Shown here one piece after another: positions 16,522 to 26,127 of a stretch of 64,000 nt of DNA (position 1 is its first letter; every line of letters starts with the position of its first letter). The notes below the pieces were generated by a model. That model was not told the DNA's origin. It saw nothing but the letters and a program-made list of their open reading frames with translations, and made no database searches. A program made the translations under genes and the position numbers. This stretch comes from Candidatus Omnitrophota bacterium. GTDB lineage: Bacteria > Omnitrophota > Gorgyraeia > Zapsychrales > Fredricksoniimonadaceae. Where the stretch lies: the NCBI GenBank assembly GCA_903860135.1, contig CAIOPG010000017.1:75364-139363 (forward strand). The letters are read 5' to 3'.

Positions 16522-19488
16522 TTATTTCCCAATATTAGTGAATCCGTTAGCGATACCTGCTCGAATGAGATTTTGAGTTTCATGAATATCCTGCACCTCA
16601 AGAAGCGCCCATTGTCCGAACCGCCCGTTGTTGTTAATCGCCGGAATCCAGTACTCACGAGCAGTCTTAACTTTTATTGTCTTCTTGTCATCCTTTTTAC
16701 CCGTAACTTCCAACAGTAAATTAAGAATACCCTTGTCAGGCATTTCAAGCTTCACTAGGAAGTCCGGAACGTATTGCCTTCCGACTCCTTGATATTCATA
16801 AGGTATCGAGAACCCAAGGTTCTGATTCTTTACATATGTTAAGACTTCATTCATCTGCTCCAACTTCTTGGCAACACCTTGCTCCCACTCCTCCGTATCA
16901 GCGACAACATAGTTCACATGGCTTTTAATTGTCTCCTGCACTGGGCGCGTCGTTAAAAAGTCTACATAACGTGTTGACCCAATGGTGTCATAAGGCGCTA
17001 AGATCGGCAGAATTTTACGATCTTTCTGGCTGGAGATATTATCTGCAACTATCGCCTGATGAATCTTGGTAAGAGCTCCACGATAATATTCGCCAATAGT
17101 TAAATAGCCGATGATCATACGGTCTTTCAGCACAACATGCTTCTTAACATACTCTTCCGCAATCCTCTTAAGCTGAGGCCCAAGCCAATACTTTTCTGAA
17201 CCATCTGCATCCTTGAAGTATGTCTTCAAAAGGCCTTCCATCAAACGGATGATGACCTCACCCTCACGACGATCTTTGATCTTCTGAAGATTCTCTGTCA
17301 CACCCTCGCCGATAATACCATCGAGTTCCACCTCAGTAGGCTCGTTCTCAATAATCGTCTTAGATTCTTCTGTAAAGTTAGCAGCCAGTTTCGTTTCGTT
17401 GAGTTCATAACGATAACCCTCAACTCGCGGATAAGTGATCTCATACTTCTCGCGCTCTGGTAAAGACTTAACGCGGTGAATGACTTTAGGTTCTTGTGGC
17501 CCGGCATCCCCTTCAACACGTAAGAAACTAAACGGCACACCATAAACTTCCGCGTACTCAGGGGCAAGTAATCCTGTTGCCTCATCGATATGATAGTCAA
17601 TCCTTCGCAAAGCACGACCAACAACTTGCTCACAAAGAAGCTGCGTCGAGAAAGCGCGTACGCCTAAAATATGCGTTACCGTGTTCACATCCCAACCTTC
17701 AGTAAGCATCGACACGCTAACAACACACTTGATGCTCTCTCCCAGCTTCTCAGGTTTGCCAACGGTGTTCATGACCTCACGCAGCAACTGCTCATCCGTT
17801 GGGTCTTCTCTGCCGGGGAATCTCTTTCGATATTCTTTATGAAAATCGTCGATCTCTTTAGTGAAGATCTTTTTAAAGTCGTCATTGATCTTCTCACCGC
17901 TTTCGATCTGCGCACTATCAATCAACAGCGTGTTAGGCCGCTCAAGAAACCTGACGCCATCTTCATTACGAAAGATATCTAAATGACCCTTTTCAATCAG
18001 CAGCTTCCCACTTGGCGTCTCATGCTCAAAGCCAGCAATCCAACGGTAAACCATTTCGGAAACAGTTGTGTTGTTACAGACCACGATCATCACGGGTGGC
18101 ATAACCGCCGGATTCGTTTTTCGGTGTTTTTCATACACCGCATGATATTTTTCATAACTACCGTAAAGAGATTCTAATGCCTCTTCGAGCGTCTTCGGCA
18201 AGGCAATGGATGTTAAATCATACTGACCTGTTCGCATTCCCCTTTTCGGCAAATCATCCCGAACATGCAACCAAAGGTTACGAAATTCAGGTTCATCATC
18301 TTTCGTGATGTTGTCCGACTTCACAGGCAAGCGAGGAATCTTGACCACGCCACATTCAAGAGCATCAAGTAATGAGAAATCAGAGATCACCCAAGGGAAA
18401 AGTGTTCCTTCCTGATACCCGGAACCACGCAAGAAATACGGTGTCGCTGACAAATCAATAACCGCATTAATATTAATCTTCTGCGCCAATGCCTCTATCC
18501 CGCTAATCCACACACGGGCAGCCTCATTGTTTTCATCTGCCTCTTTGCGATCCTCCCCGGAAAGCTTGTCTTCAGTAGCTTTCTCCCGATAACAATGATG
18601 CGCCTCGTCGTTGATAACAATGATTCTTGGTTTGCTCAAAAGCCCCTTAAAAACACGATTCACCATTGCCGCCGGTGTCTCTTTAATAGCAGACTCCTTG
18701 ATTAACCCCGTGGCCTTGATGACCGCGCCTAAAGAAAACCTTGAGTTTTGCCGTAGCTCCAACTGATGGTAATTTGTGATAAAAACATGGGCCGCTTGCA
18801 ATAGCTCAAGGTCTTGATGTGACACAATATCACGCTGAGTGTAATAATTTTGAGGGTCATTCGGCAATAACACATTCAAGCGATCTCTGATCGTGATGCC
18901 TGGGGTAATCAGAACGAAAGCATCTGTAAAGCGGGTATCCATTGGGTAACGGATCTTGTTCAAAGTATTGTACGCTATGATCATTCCCATAACAACGGTT
19001 TTACCTGAGCCGGTAGCCATCTTCAAAGCAATACGATAAAGACCGGGGTTGGATTCATGCCCAGCCTTCTTCAGCTCATTAATAATCCAACTCTCGCCAC
19101 TCTTCTCTGCAACCTCATTGACGTACATCAATGTTTCAAGTGCTTCGATCTGACAAAAAAACAACTTGTTATCGCGGTTCTCATCTTTCCAGTAATAAAG
19201 CAAATCGCGGGAAGTTTTGGTCAAGCCGGGATAATCCGCGTTTCGCCACGCGCTAACCTTCGCGCGCACCTTGTTAATGAATTCGTTCTCTTGCTGCAAT
19301 TCACTCCCGTACGCACCCTCAGCAACATTCTGTTCTTCACGCTTCTTTAATGTCTTAGCTCGGGGAACTGGAATAAAGAAACTGCTTGGACGACGGGATT
19401 CAACGATTTCATTTGAGATGCCCTTTTCATCAGACTTAAAGTGCAATGCAGACACTTTATACGGCGAATTGAGTATCGAAGATTTCAT
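16522..19488 (-). CDS. res: Type III restriction subunit (BPTD_3080-like helicase-nuclease)
   Basis: FFCQIEALET, MATGSGKT, DEAHHCY, LSATP, MLTEGWD, EQVVGRALRR, YVPDFLV...LEVTG. Confidence 0.9.
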   Translation of the reverse strand: MKSSILNSPYKVSALHFKSDEKGISNEIVESRRPSSFFIPVPRAKTLKKREEQNVAEGAYGSELQQENEFINKVRAKVSAWRNADYPGLTKTSRDLLYYWKDENRDNKLFFCQIEALETLMYVNEVAEKSGESWIINELKKAGHESNPGLYRIALKMATGSGKTVVMGMIIAYNTLNKIRYPMDTRFTDAFVLITPGITIRDRLNVLLPNDPQNYYTQRDIVSHQDLELLQAAHVFITNYHQLELRQNSRFSLGAVIKATGLIKESAIKETPAAMVNRVFKGLLSKPRIIVINDEAHHCYREKATEDKLSGEDRKEADENNEAARVWISGIEALAQKININAVIDLSATPYFLRGSGYQEGTLFPWVISDFSLLDALECGVVKIPRLPVKSDNITKDDEPEFRNLWLHVRDDLPKRGMRTGQYDLTSIALPKTLEEALESLYGSYEKYHAVYEKHRKTNPAVMPPVMIVVCNNTTVSEMVYRWIAGFEHETPSGKLLIEKGHLDIFRNEDGVRFLERPNTLLIDSAQIESGEKINDDFKKIFTKEIDDFHKEYRKRFPGREDPTDEQLLREVMNTVGKPEKLGESIKCVVSVSMLTEGWDVNTVTHILGVRAFSTQLLCEQVVGRALRRIDYHIDEATGLLAPEYAEVYGVPFSFLRVEGDAGPQEPKVIHRVKSLPEREKYEITYPRVEGYRYELNETKLAANFTEESKTIIENEPTEVELDGIIGEGVTENLQKIKDRREGEVIIRLMEGLLKTYFKDADGSEKYWLGPQLKRIAEEYVKKHVVLKDRMIIGYLTIGEYYRGALTKIHQAIVADNISSQKDRKILPILAPYDTIGSTRYVDFLTTRPVQETIKSHVNYVVADTEEWEQGVAKKLEQMNEVLTYVKNQNLGFSIPYEYQGVGRQYVPDFLVKLEMPDKGILNLLLEVTGKKDDKKTIKVKTAREYWIPAINNNGRFGQWALLEVQDIHETQNLIRAGIANGFTNIGK

Positions 19489-19534
19489 CCGTTAACTCCC
19501 TTAAAGTTTAGAATCCCACTATTCAAGAATGTGC

Positions 19535-19888
19535 TCATTTTAAGCTCTTCTTTTTCATCTTTTTAATACTATTTTCAATTCTTTCACGTTCTCTCTCAAT
19601 CATTCTTCTCTTCTTGAACTCTGTAAACGTCATTTTCTCGTCGCCCATAAAGACTTCGATTCTTTTGTTGGGTATTTTGTTTATTAAATGAGCTTCAGTA
19701 ATTTTAGAAACTTCTTCGTCAAATACAGAAATCCTTTTTCTTAAATCTGCAAACTGAACCATAATTTCATCATTGCTATATATTGAAATTATATGCCCAA
19801 GTCCAAGTTTCTTAGAATAAACTTTATCCGTTACTTTTAGATCATCAAATACTCTTAATACTGGTAATGAATCAAACATATTCTCCAC
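19535..19888 (-). CDS. Small AT-rich protein with a PcrA/UvrD tudor-like N-terminal domain
   Basis: VTDKVYSKKLGLGHIISIYSNDEIMVQFADLRKRI resembles GDrV.H.kfG.G.i......v.V.F; basic helical tail. Confidence 0.6.
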   Translation of the reverse strand: MENMFDSLPVLRVFDDLKVTDKVYSKKLGLGHIISIYSNDEIMVQFADLRKRISVFDEEVSKITEAHLINKIPNKRIEVFMGDEKMTFTEFKKRRMIERERERIENSIKKMKKKSLK

Positions 19889-19945
19889 ACATCTGCTCCT
19901 AGCTTAATTCATAAAAATCGAACTACTCTATTTTGCTATATACCC

Positions 19946-19995
19946 CGCCCCCGCCCATTCCCCCACACTCGCGTCGCTCGCGGAGGAGGGTTTCA
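19946..19995 (-). repeat. Right arm of the inverted repeat pair
   Basis: Reverse complement TGAAACCCTCCTCCGCGAGCGACGCGAGTGTGGGGGAATGGGCGGGGGCG. Confidence 0.85.
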
Positions 19996-20192
19996 TTTTC
20001 AGAAATTTTTATTTTTATCTTTCGTAATACCACAACCCCGCGCCAGCGTCATAAAAAACTATTCAAACCGGAGAAAGCGGGTATTCCAAACGTCCTTGAA
20101 ATACCCTAACACCATAAGCTTCTGGCATGGAATGGTCAATCGAAAAAATCATCGACGCTCACTCTCCCCACACCGGGAATGCCCCGTCGAGC

Positions 20193-20229
20193 AAAAACCC
20201 CGCGCTTCTCCTGACGGAAAAACGCGGGG
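20193..20229 (-). terminator. Intrinsic terminator of fba
   Basis: CCCCGCG...CGCGGGG stem followed by a T-tract on the minus strand. Confidence 0.7.
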
Positions 20230-20252
20230 CTTTAAAAACTTGGTCGGTTGAA

Positions 20253-21263
20253 TTACACCCGGCCGGCGGAACCCAGGACTTTTTCGTTCTTCTGCTTGTA
20301 CACCTTGACCAGCGCGTCGCGCGCGGGGCCCAGGTACTTGCGCGGGTCGAATTCGCCCGGGTTCTCGGCGAAAGTCTTGCGGATCAGCGCGGTCATGGCC
20401 AGACGCCCGTCGGAATCGATGTTGATCTTGCACACGGCAGATTTCGCGGCACGGCGAAGCTGTTCCTCGGGGATCCCCACCGCGGCTTCAAGCTTGCCGC
20501 CGAACTTATTGATCATCTCGACATATTCCGTCGCCACCGAACTGGCACCGTGCAGGACGATCGCAAACCCCGGGATGCGGCGTTCGATCTCTTCGAGGAT
20601 ATCAAAACGCAATGGCGGCGGTACCAGCACGCCGGTCACAGGATCTTTGGTGCACTGCGCCGGCTTGAACTTGTAGGCGCCATGCGAGGTACCGATGGAG
20701 ATCGCCAGGGAATCAACCCCGGTCTTCTTGACGAAATCTTCAACCTGGTCCGGCTGGGTATACACCGAATGCGCCGCAACCACATCATCTTCAATGCCCG
20801 AAAGCACCCCCAGCTCCCCTTCAACGGTCACGTCGTATTTGTGCGCGAAGTCAACCACCTGGCGGGTGAGCTCCACGTTCTTGTCATAGGGGTGATGCGA
20901 CCCGTCGATCATGACCGACGAAAACCCGGACTCGATGCAGGATTTGGCCAGCTCAAAGGTGTCGCCGTGATCCAGGTGCAATGCCACCGGGATCTCCCTG
21001 AGACCTTTGGCTTGTGCGATCTCTTTCATCATCTCAACCGCCCCCTGCCCCATCCAGCGCAAGAGCGTGGCATTGGCGTATTTGCGGGCGCCCGAAGAAA
21101 CCTGAAGGATGACCGGCGAACCCGTTTCAACGCAGGCGGTGATGATCGCCTGGATCTGTTCCATGTTGTTGAAATTGTAGGCCGGAACAGCATAGCCCCC
21201 TTCAAACGCCTTGCGGAACATGTCTTTGGTGTTCGATAAACCGAGCTCTTTATAAGAAACCAT
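20253..21263 (-). CDS. fba: Class II fructose-1,6-bisphosphate aldolase
   Basis: ALHLDHG, SSVMIDGS, VEGELG, GTSHGAYK, VLHGAS, KINIDSD. Confidence 0.95.
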   Translation of the reverse strand: MVSYKELGLSNTKDMFRKAFEGGYAVPAYNFNNMEQIQAIITACVETGSPVILQVSSGARKYANATLLRWMGQGAVEMMKEIAQAKGLREIPVALHLDHGDTFELAKSCIESGFSSVMIDGSHHPYDKNVELTRQVVDFAHKYDVTVEGELGVLSGIEDDVVAAHSVYTQPDQVEDFVKKTGVDSLAISIGTSHGAYKFKPAQCTKDPVTGVLVPPPLRFDILEEIERRIPGFAIVLHGASSVATEYVEMINKFGGKLEAAVGIPEEQLRRAAKSAVCKINIDSDGRLAMTALIRKTFAENPGEFDPRKYLGPARDALVKVYKQKNEKVLGSAGRV

Positions 21264-21298
21264 AATCTCTCCTGTTTTTTTAATTGATTCTGTTAACC

Positions 21299-21326
21299 GT
21301 AGGGGCGGTTCACGAACCGCCCGTAC
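21299..21326 (+). repeat. GTAG-type REP-like palindrome
   Basis: GTAGGGGCGGTTCACGAACCGCCCGTAC. Confidence 0.7.
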
Positions 21327-21364
21327 AATATACCCAGATTACAGATACCCGACAAGCAAAAATA

Positions 21365-22579
21365 TCAATTCATGCCGTACAACGCCAAAAGCCAGGCGAT
21401 CACACCATCGCCCCAATAAAGAGCCACGATGATCCCGACAGCCAGAAACGGCCCGTACGCGATCGCCGTATCCTGACGACGCATGATCTTGACAACCCCC
21501 GGCAGAATACCAAAGAACGGGGCAACAAAAAAAGCCACCAGCGCGGCCTGCCAGCCCAGAAAAGCACCGGCCATCGCCAGCAACTTGACATCCCCCCACC
21601 CCATCACCCCGCCGGTATCGACCGCCTTGAGGATCTCGAAAATATCCTTGCGTTGCGCTTCCACGCCTGCGGGCAACTTGAGATCACCGGCGGCAGGGAC
21701 ATCTCGGAACCCCTTCTGAAGGATCCCCTGGCCGTCCACATAACCGCTGGCCTGCAACGCTTTTAATAGTCCGTCCGGAGCCTCGACCACCCCTTTAAAA
21801 TCAAACCCGGTTACAACACGTTTGCTGATAATGACCTCGCCGATCAACCCCGTCAGCCATAATGAACAGCCGCCGATGACCGCGCCTTGCAAGGCATCCG
21901 CCAAAGCAGAAAGAGAGGCCGTAAAATACGGAAAGATCCCCGTCAAATAAATCGCCATGCCCTGCAACGCCAGAAGGGCACCGCCAAGCACGAATATCTG
22001 CAGGTCTTCCTTCTCAAAAGCAATGCGTAATTTCAACAACTTAAACACATGCAAGGCCATACACGCCACAGCCATGATCACGGCCGTCTTACTGCCTGCT
22101 GACAGGATGTTGGGCAACGGCCCCTTGTGCAGGGCCGGGAAAACAGCGCTCAGCACAAATCCGGCGAACATCCCGCCCACACTGATCTCGTCGGGGATGA
22201 TACGCCATTCCAGGTCAACGCCAGAGGCCACGATGAGCGCCCCCACCAGCGTCAAGGCCGGCACCAGCGCCCATGAGAGGCCGAACACCATATATGACCA
22301 CACAAAGAAGCAAGCCGTTATCAATTCAACCGCAAAATAACGCAACGGGATCTGCTGGCGGCAAGAACGGCAGCGCCTGCCCAGGATGCAAAAACTGATG
22401 AGCGGAATATTATCGAACCAGTGGATCGGCGCCTTGCACTGCGGGCAATGCGACGAAGGAAAAACAATCGATTCATTGCGCGGCATACGGACAATGCAGA
22501 CATTCAAAAAACTGCCCAGCATGGCCCCGAGCATGAAGAAAAAGACGCGAAAGAAAATATCCATATCTGATGGCATCAT
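21365..22579 (-). CDS. pilD: Prepilin peptidase (A24) with two insertions
   Basis: GSFLNVCIVRMP, CPQC/CRSC, DLEWRIIPD, MGWGDVKL, IAYGPFL; ATGA overlap with aroE. Confidence 0.9.
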   Translation of the reverse strand: MMPSDMDIFFRVFFFMLGAMLGSFLNVCIVRMPRNESIVFPSSHCPQCKAPIHWFDNIPLISFCILGRRCRSCRQQIPLRYFAVELITACFFVWSYMVFGLSWALVPALTLVGALIVASGVDLEWRIIPDEISVGGMFAGFVLSAVFPALHKGPLPNILSAGSKTAVIMAVACMALHVFKLLKLRIAFEKEDLQIFVLGGALLALQGMAIYLTGIFPYFTASLSALADALQGAVIGGCSLWLTGLIGEVIISKRVVTGFDFKGVVEAPDGLLKALQASGYVDGQGILQKGFRDVPAAGDLKLPAGVEAQRKDIFEILKAVDTGGVMGWGDVKLLAMAGAFLGWQAALVAFFVAPFFGILPGVVKIMRRQDTAIAYGPFLAVGIIVALYWGDGVIAWLLALYGMN

Positions 22580-23454
22580 GAGAGAACCTTGGGCTGGCTG
22601 GCGGTTAAGAGGGCCTCCCACATTTTGGCCTTGATCTTTTCAGGCAGTTGTATCTCGGCCCAATGCTGGAACGCAAGGACCGCCTGAAAAAAAAGCATCC
22701 TGAGCCCGTTGACCGCCCTAGCGCCCCGGCGTCGGGCCATGGCCAACAGCTTCGTTTCGGCCGGATTGTAAACCAGGTCATAGACCATCATGCCCGCATG
22801 CAGCCATTCCTCCTTGACCAGGCAGGGATCATCAGCCTTCATGCCGATCGGCGTGGCATTGATCAACAGGTCAGCCGTTTCAATGTTCAGCGCCGCGACA
22901 CTGGCCACGATCTTGACACTTGAGGTATCCATGCGTGCGGAAAGATCCCGCACCAGGGCACCCGCCCGTTGCTGATCCACATCAAAAACCCTGATCTCGC
23001 GTGGCTTTTCCGGCAACAAGCAAAGCACGCTGATCAGCGCGCGCGAGGCCCCGCCAGCGCCAAGGATCGCCACCGCACGGCCTGCAGGATTAAACCCTTC
23101 CTCAGTCAGATGGGTCATAAAGCCCGGGCCGTCGGTATTGCGTCCGATCAGCTTGCGGTCAGCGGTAATAACAACCGTATTCACAGCCCCGACCTTGGTC
23201 GCAAAAGGATCGAGCGCATCGAGGAAAGGGATCACATTTTCCTTGTGGGGAACAGTCACATTGAGCCCGAAAATATGGCTTTCTTTTGCCTTTAACGCCG
23301 TGAAGAAGTCAGCCAACGCTTCCTGTTCCATGGGAAAAAGTTCATACACCGCATCCACCTCGAGCGCGGCCAACGCCGTGTTATGGATCACCGGCGATAA
23401 ACTGTGCCCCAAGGGATACCCCACCAGACCGTATGTTGTTCTCATCATTGTCAT
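22576..23454 (-). CDS. aroE: Shikimate dehydrogenase
   Basis: GHSLSP, NVTVPHK, GAVNT, NTDG, GAGGA, DLVYNP. Confidence 0.95.
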   Translation of the reverse strand: MTMMRTTYGLVGYPLGHSLSPVIHNTALAALEVDAVYELFPMEQEALADFFTALKAKESHIFGLNVTVPHKENVIPFLDALDPFATKVGAVNTVVITADRKLIGRNTDGPGFMTHLTEEGFNPAGRAVAILGAGGASRALISVLCLLPEKPREIRVFDVDQQRAGALVRDLSARMDTSSVKIVASVAALNIETADLLINATPIGMKADDPCLVKEEWLHAGMMVYDLVYNPAETKLLAMARRRGARAVNGLRMLFFQAVLAFQHWAEIQLPEKIKAKMWEALLTASQPKVLS

Positions 23455-23463
23455 CCTTACATC

Positions 23464-25032
23464 CTATGGCTGAAGGCCAAAATCGATTTTACTTGCCCCT
23501 GATTTCTTGCCCGTAACAGCCAGGCAAGCTTTATTGACCGCATTAAGGTACGCCTTGACCGAAGCCTCGATCACATCCGTCGACGCGCCAAGCCCTGTAA
23601 CTTTATTCCCGTCAAAATTGACCCGCACACGGACCTCGCCCAGGGCATCCTGCCCCTCGGTAACAGACTGAATACTATAATTGAGCAGGTTACCTTTCAT
23701 CCGGGTGATCGCGTCAATGGCCACATAACAGGCATCGATCGGGCCATCACCGGTCGCCTTCTCTTCATGGACTTTACCCGCGGCTTTCAAGCGCACGGTC
23801 ACATCGGGTTTGATGTGCGTCCCGCTGGTCACGGCCAGGGAATCCAGGATCCATATTTCTTTGGCTTCCTGGACTTCATCCTGGACGATCGCCACCAGGT
23901 CCTCGTCGAACACTTCTTTCTTCTTGTCGCACAGGTCCTTGAAGCGCTCAAACGCACGCACCAGTTCTTCGTCCGACAATTCCATGCCCAACTGCTTCAA
24001 CCGGGATTTGAGCGCATGCCGCCCGGAATGTTTGCCCAATACCAGCCCCGTGCCCGAGCACCCGACATCTTCCGGGCGCATGATCTCGTAGGTCGTCGGC
24101 TCTTTCAGCATCCCGTCCTGATGGATCCCTGATTCATGACGGAACGCATTGCCGCCAACGATCGCCTTGTTGGGGGACACCACAAACCCGGTGAATTTAC
24201 TGACCAGGCGCGACACCCGTGTGATCTCGGCAGTATGGATCGCCGTCGCAACGCCAAAATAATCACTGCGCGTGCGCAAGGCCATCACCACCTCTTCCAT
24301 GGCCGCATTGCCCGCGCGCTCGCCGATCCCGTTGATGGTGCATTCCACCTGACGCGCCCCGGCCTTGACCGCCGCCAATGAATTGGCCACCGCCAGTCCG
24401 AGGTCATTATGGCAATGAACAGAAATAACCGCCTTATTAATATTGGGCACATGCGCACGGATATCCGTGATCAATTGGCCATACGGCTCGGGCATCGCAT
24501 ACCCGACCGTATCCGGGATATTGACCGTCCTGGCACCGGCTTTAATGACCGCTTCGAGGACACGGTATAAAAAAACCTTGTCACTGCGCGACGCATCTTC
24601 GGGCGAGAACTCGACATCATCAGTTTTCTGACGCGCATACTTGACCGCGTCAACCGCCATCTGCACGATCTCGTCGGGCGTCTTTTTGAGCTTATACTCC
24701 AGATGGATCTTCGAGGTAGCCAAGAAAATATGGATACGCGGCCGCTTGGCCGTCTTCAAGGCTTCGGCCGCGGCCTCAATATCCTTCTTCACCGCGCGCG
24801 CCAGGCCAGCCACGGCCGATGACCGTATCTTTTTAGCCACCATCTGCACCGATTCAAAGTCCCCTTTGGAAATAACAGGGAACCCGGCCTCGATGATATC
24901 GACCCCCAAACGTTCAAGCGCCAGCGCCACTTCCAGCTTTTCGCGCTGGTTCATGCTGGCCCCCGGCGCCTGCTCCCCGTCGCGCAACGTGGTGTCGAAT
25001 ATCAATACCTTATCTTGTTTGTTCATACCCAT
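23464..25032 (-). CDS. leuA: 2-isopropylmalate synthase
   Basis: DTTLRDGEQ, HCHNDLG, GIGERAGN, HESGIHQDG, regulatory domain. Confidence 0.95.
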   Translation of the reverse strand: MGMNKQDKVLIFDTTLRDGEQAPGASMNQREKLEVALALERLGVDIIEAGFPVISKGDFESVQMVAKKIRSSAVAGLARAVKKDIEAAAEALKTAKRPRIHIFLATSKIHLEYKLKKTPDEIVQMAVDAVKYARQKTDDVEFSPEDASRSDKVFLYRVLEAVIKAGARTVNIPDTVGYAMPEPYGQLITDIRAHVPNINKAVISVHCHNDLGLAVANSLAAVKAGARQVECTINGIGERAGNAAMEEVVMALRTRSDYFGVATAIHTAEITRVSRLVSKFTGFVVSPNKAIVGGNAFRHESGIHQDGMLKEPTTYEIMRPEDVGCSGTGLVLGKHSGRHALKSRLKQLGMELSDEELVRAFERFKDLCDKKKEVFDEDLVAIVQDEVQEAKEIWILDSLAVTSGTHIKPDVTVRLKAAGKVHEEKATGDGPIDACYVAIDAITRMKGNLLNYSIQSVTEGQDALGEVRVRVNFDGNKVTGLGASTDVIEASVKAYLNAVNKACLAVTGKKSGASKIDFGLQP

Positions 25033-25052
25033 CGTCTTTCTTCATCAAATTA

Positions 25053-25084
25053 AAAGGACGCATGCTTGGCGGCATGCGTCCTTT
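25053..25084 (-). terminator. Hairpin terminator between ilvC and leuA
   Basis: AAAGGACGCATGC-TTGGCG-GCATGCGTCCTTT. Confidence 0.7.
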
Positions 25085-25108
25085 GGTTATAAGCATCAAT
25101 GGCACGCC

Positions 25109-26101
25109 TTATTTTTTGATCCAGGACATCATCCCTCTAAGTCGCTTTCCTACCTCTTCGATCTGGTGCTTGTCCTGGTCTTCACGCATCTTTAAGAAGC
25201 CGGCACGGCCTTTCTTGTTCGCTTTCATCCATTCACGGGCGAACTTCCCGCTCTGGATCTCGGCGAGGATCTTCTTCATTTCCTTGCGGGTACGGTCCGT
25301 AACCACGCGCGGCCCGCGGGTATAATCCCCGTATTCCGCAGTATCAGAAACGCGCTTGCGCATCCCGGCAATACCTTCTTCAAAAATAATATCCACAATG
25401 AGCTTCAGCTCATGCAGGCACTCGAAATACGCCATTTCAGGCGCATAGCCCGCTTCAACCAAGGTATCAAAACCCGCCTTGATGAGTTCACTCGTGCCGC
25501 CGCAAAGGACAGCCTGCTCGCCAAAAAGATCCGTCTCGGTCTCTTCTTTGAACGTGGTCTCAAAAACACCCGCGCGTGTCCCGCCCAAACCTTTGGCATA
25601 CGCCAAGGCCTGCTCCAGCGCATGGCCGGACGCATCCTGATGAATGGCCACCAGGCACGGCACGCCCTTGCCCTCTTCATACTGACGACGGACAAAAGAA
25701 CCAGGCCCCTTGGGCGCGATCATCCACACATCGACCTCGGCCGACGGCTTGATGAACCCAAAATGCACATTAAACCCATGCGAGAAAACCAGCGCCTTAC
25801 CGGGCTTCAAATGACGGCGCACCTGCTTCTTGTAAATTTCTGCCTGCAAATGATCCTGGGTCAGGATCACGATGATATCCGCCTTCTGCGCGGCTTTGCC
25901 CGCATCCACAGGTTTGAACCCGTCTTCAACCGCCTTCTGATAGTTAGGCCCGCCTTCACGCTGGCCGATGATCACGTTCAACCCGCTGTCGCGCAGGTTA
26001 AGCGCCTGCCCGCGGCCTTGAATGCCATAACCGATGATCGCAATGGTCTTATCCTTAAGAACGTTCAGGTCCGCGTCCTTCTCATAATAAATCTTGGGCA
26101 T
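25109..26101 (-). CDS. ilvC: Ketol-acid reductoisomerase
   Basis: [35 protein letters not shown]. Confidence 0.96.
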   Translation of the reverse strand: MPKIYYEKDADLNVLKDKTIAIIGYGIQGRGQALNLRDSGLNVIIGQREGGPNYQKAVEDGFKPVDAGKAAQKADIIVILTQDHLQAEIYKKQVRRHLKPGKALVFSHGFNVHFGFIKPSAEVDVWMIAPKGPGSFVRRQYEEGKGVPCLVAIHQDASGHALEQALAYAKGLGGTRAGVFETTFKEETETDLFGEQAVLCGGTSELIKAGFDTLVEAGYAPEMAYFECLHELKLIVDIIFEEGIAGMRKRVSDTAEYGDYTRGPRVVTDRTRKEMKKILAEIQSGKFAREWMKANKKGRAGFLKMREDQDKHQIEEVGKRLRGMMSWIKK

Positions 26102-26127
26102 TTCAGTTTCCTTTTTTTATTTTTGCA

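Larger units (their letters stand above)
6529..19995. mobile_element. Defence/accessory genomic island with no integrase in the window
   Basis: Co-oriented TA, RM, RhuM and DinD genes with heterogeneous base composition and recurrent intergenic repeats, between two housekeeping blocks (DUF6485/tkt and fba). Confidence 0.75.

Noticed and set aside
20000-20190. Possible ncRNA or att site at the island's right edge (TCGACG...CGTCGA stem; 11-bp inverted match to 14366-14376)
   Set aside because: Matches are too short and no family is recognisable
20127-21239. 370-aa plus-strand ORF, and similar long ORFs opposite ahcY, ilvC and rpsB
   Set aside because: Antisense shadows of GC3-biased housekeeping genes
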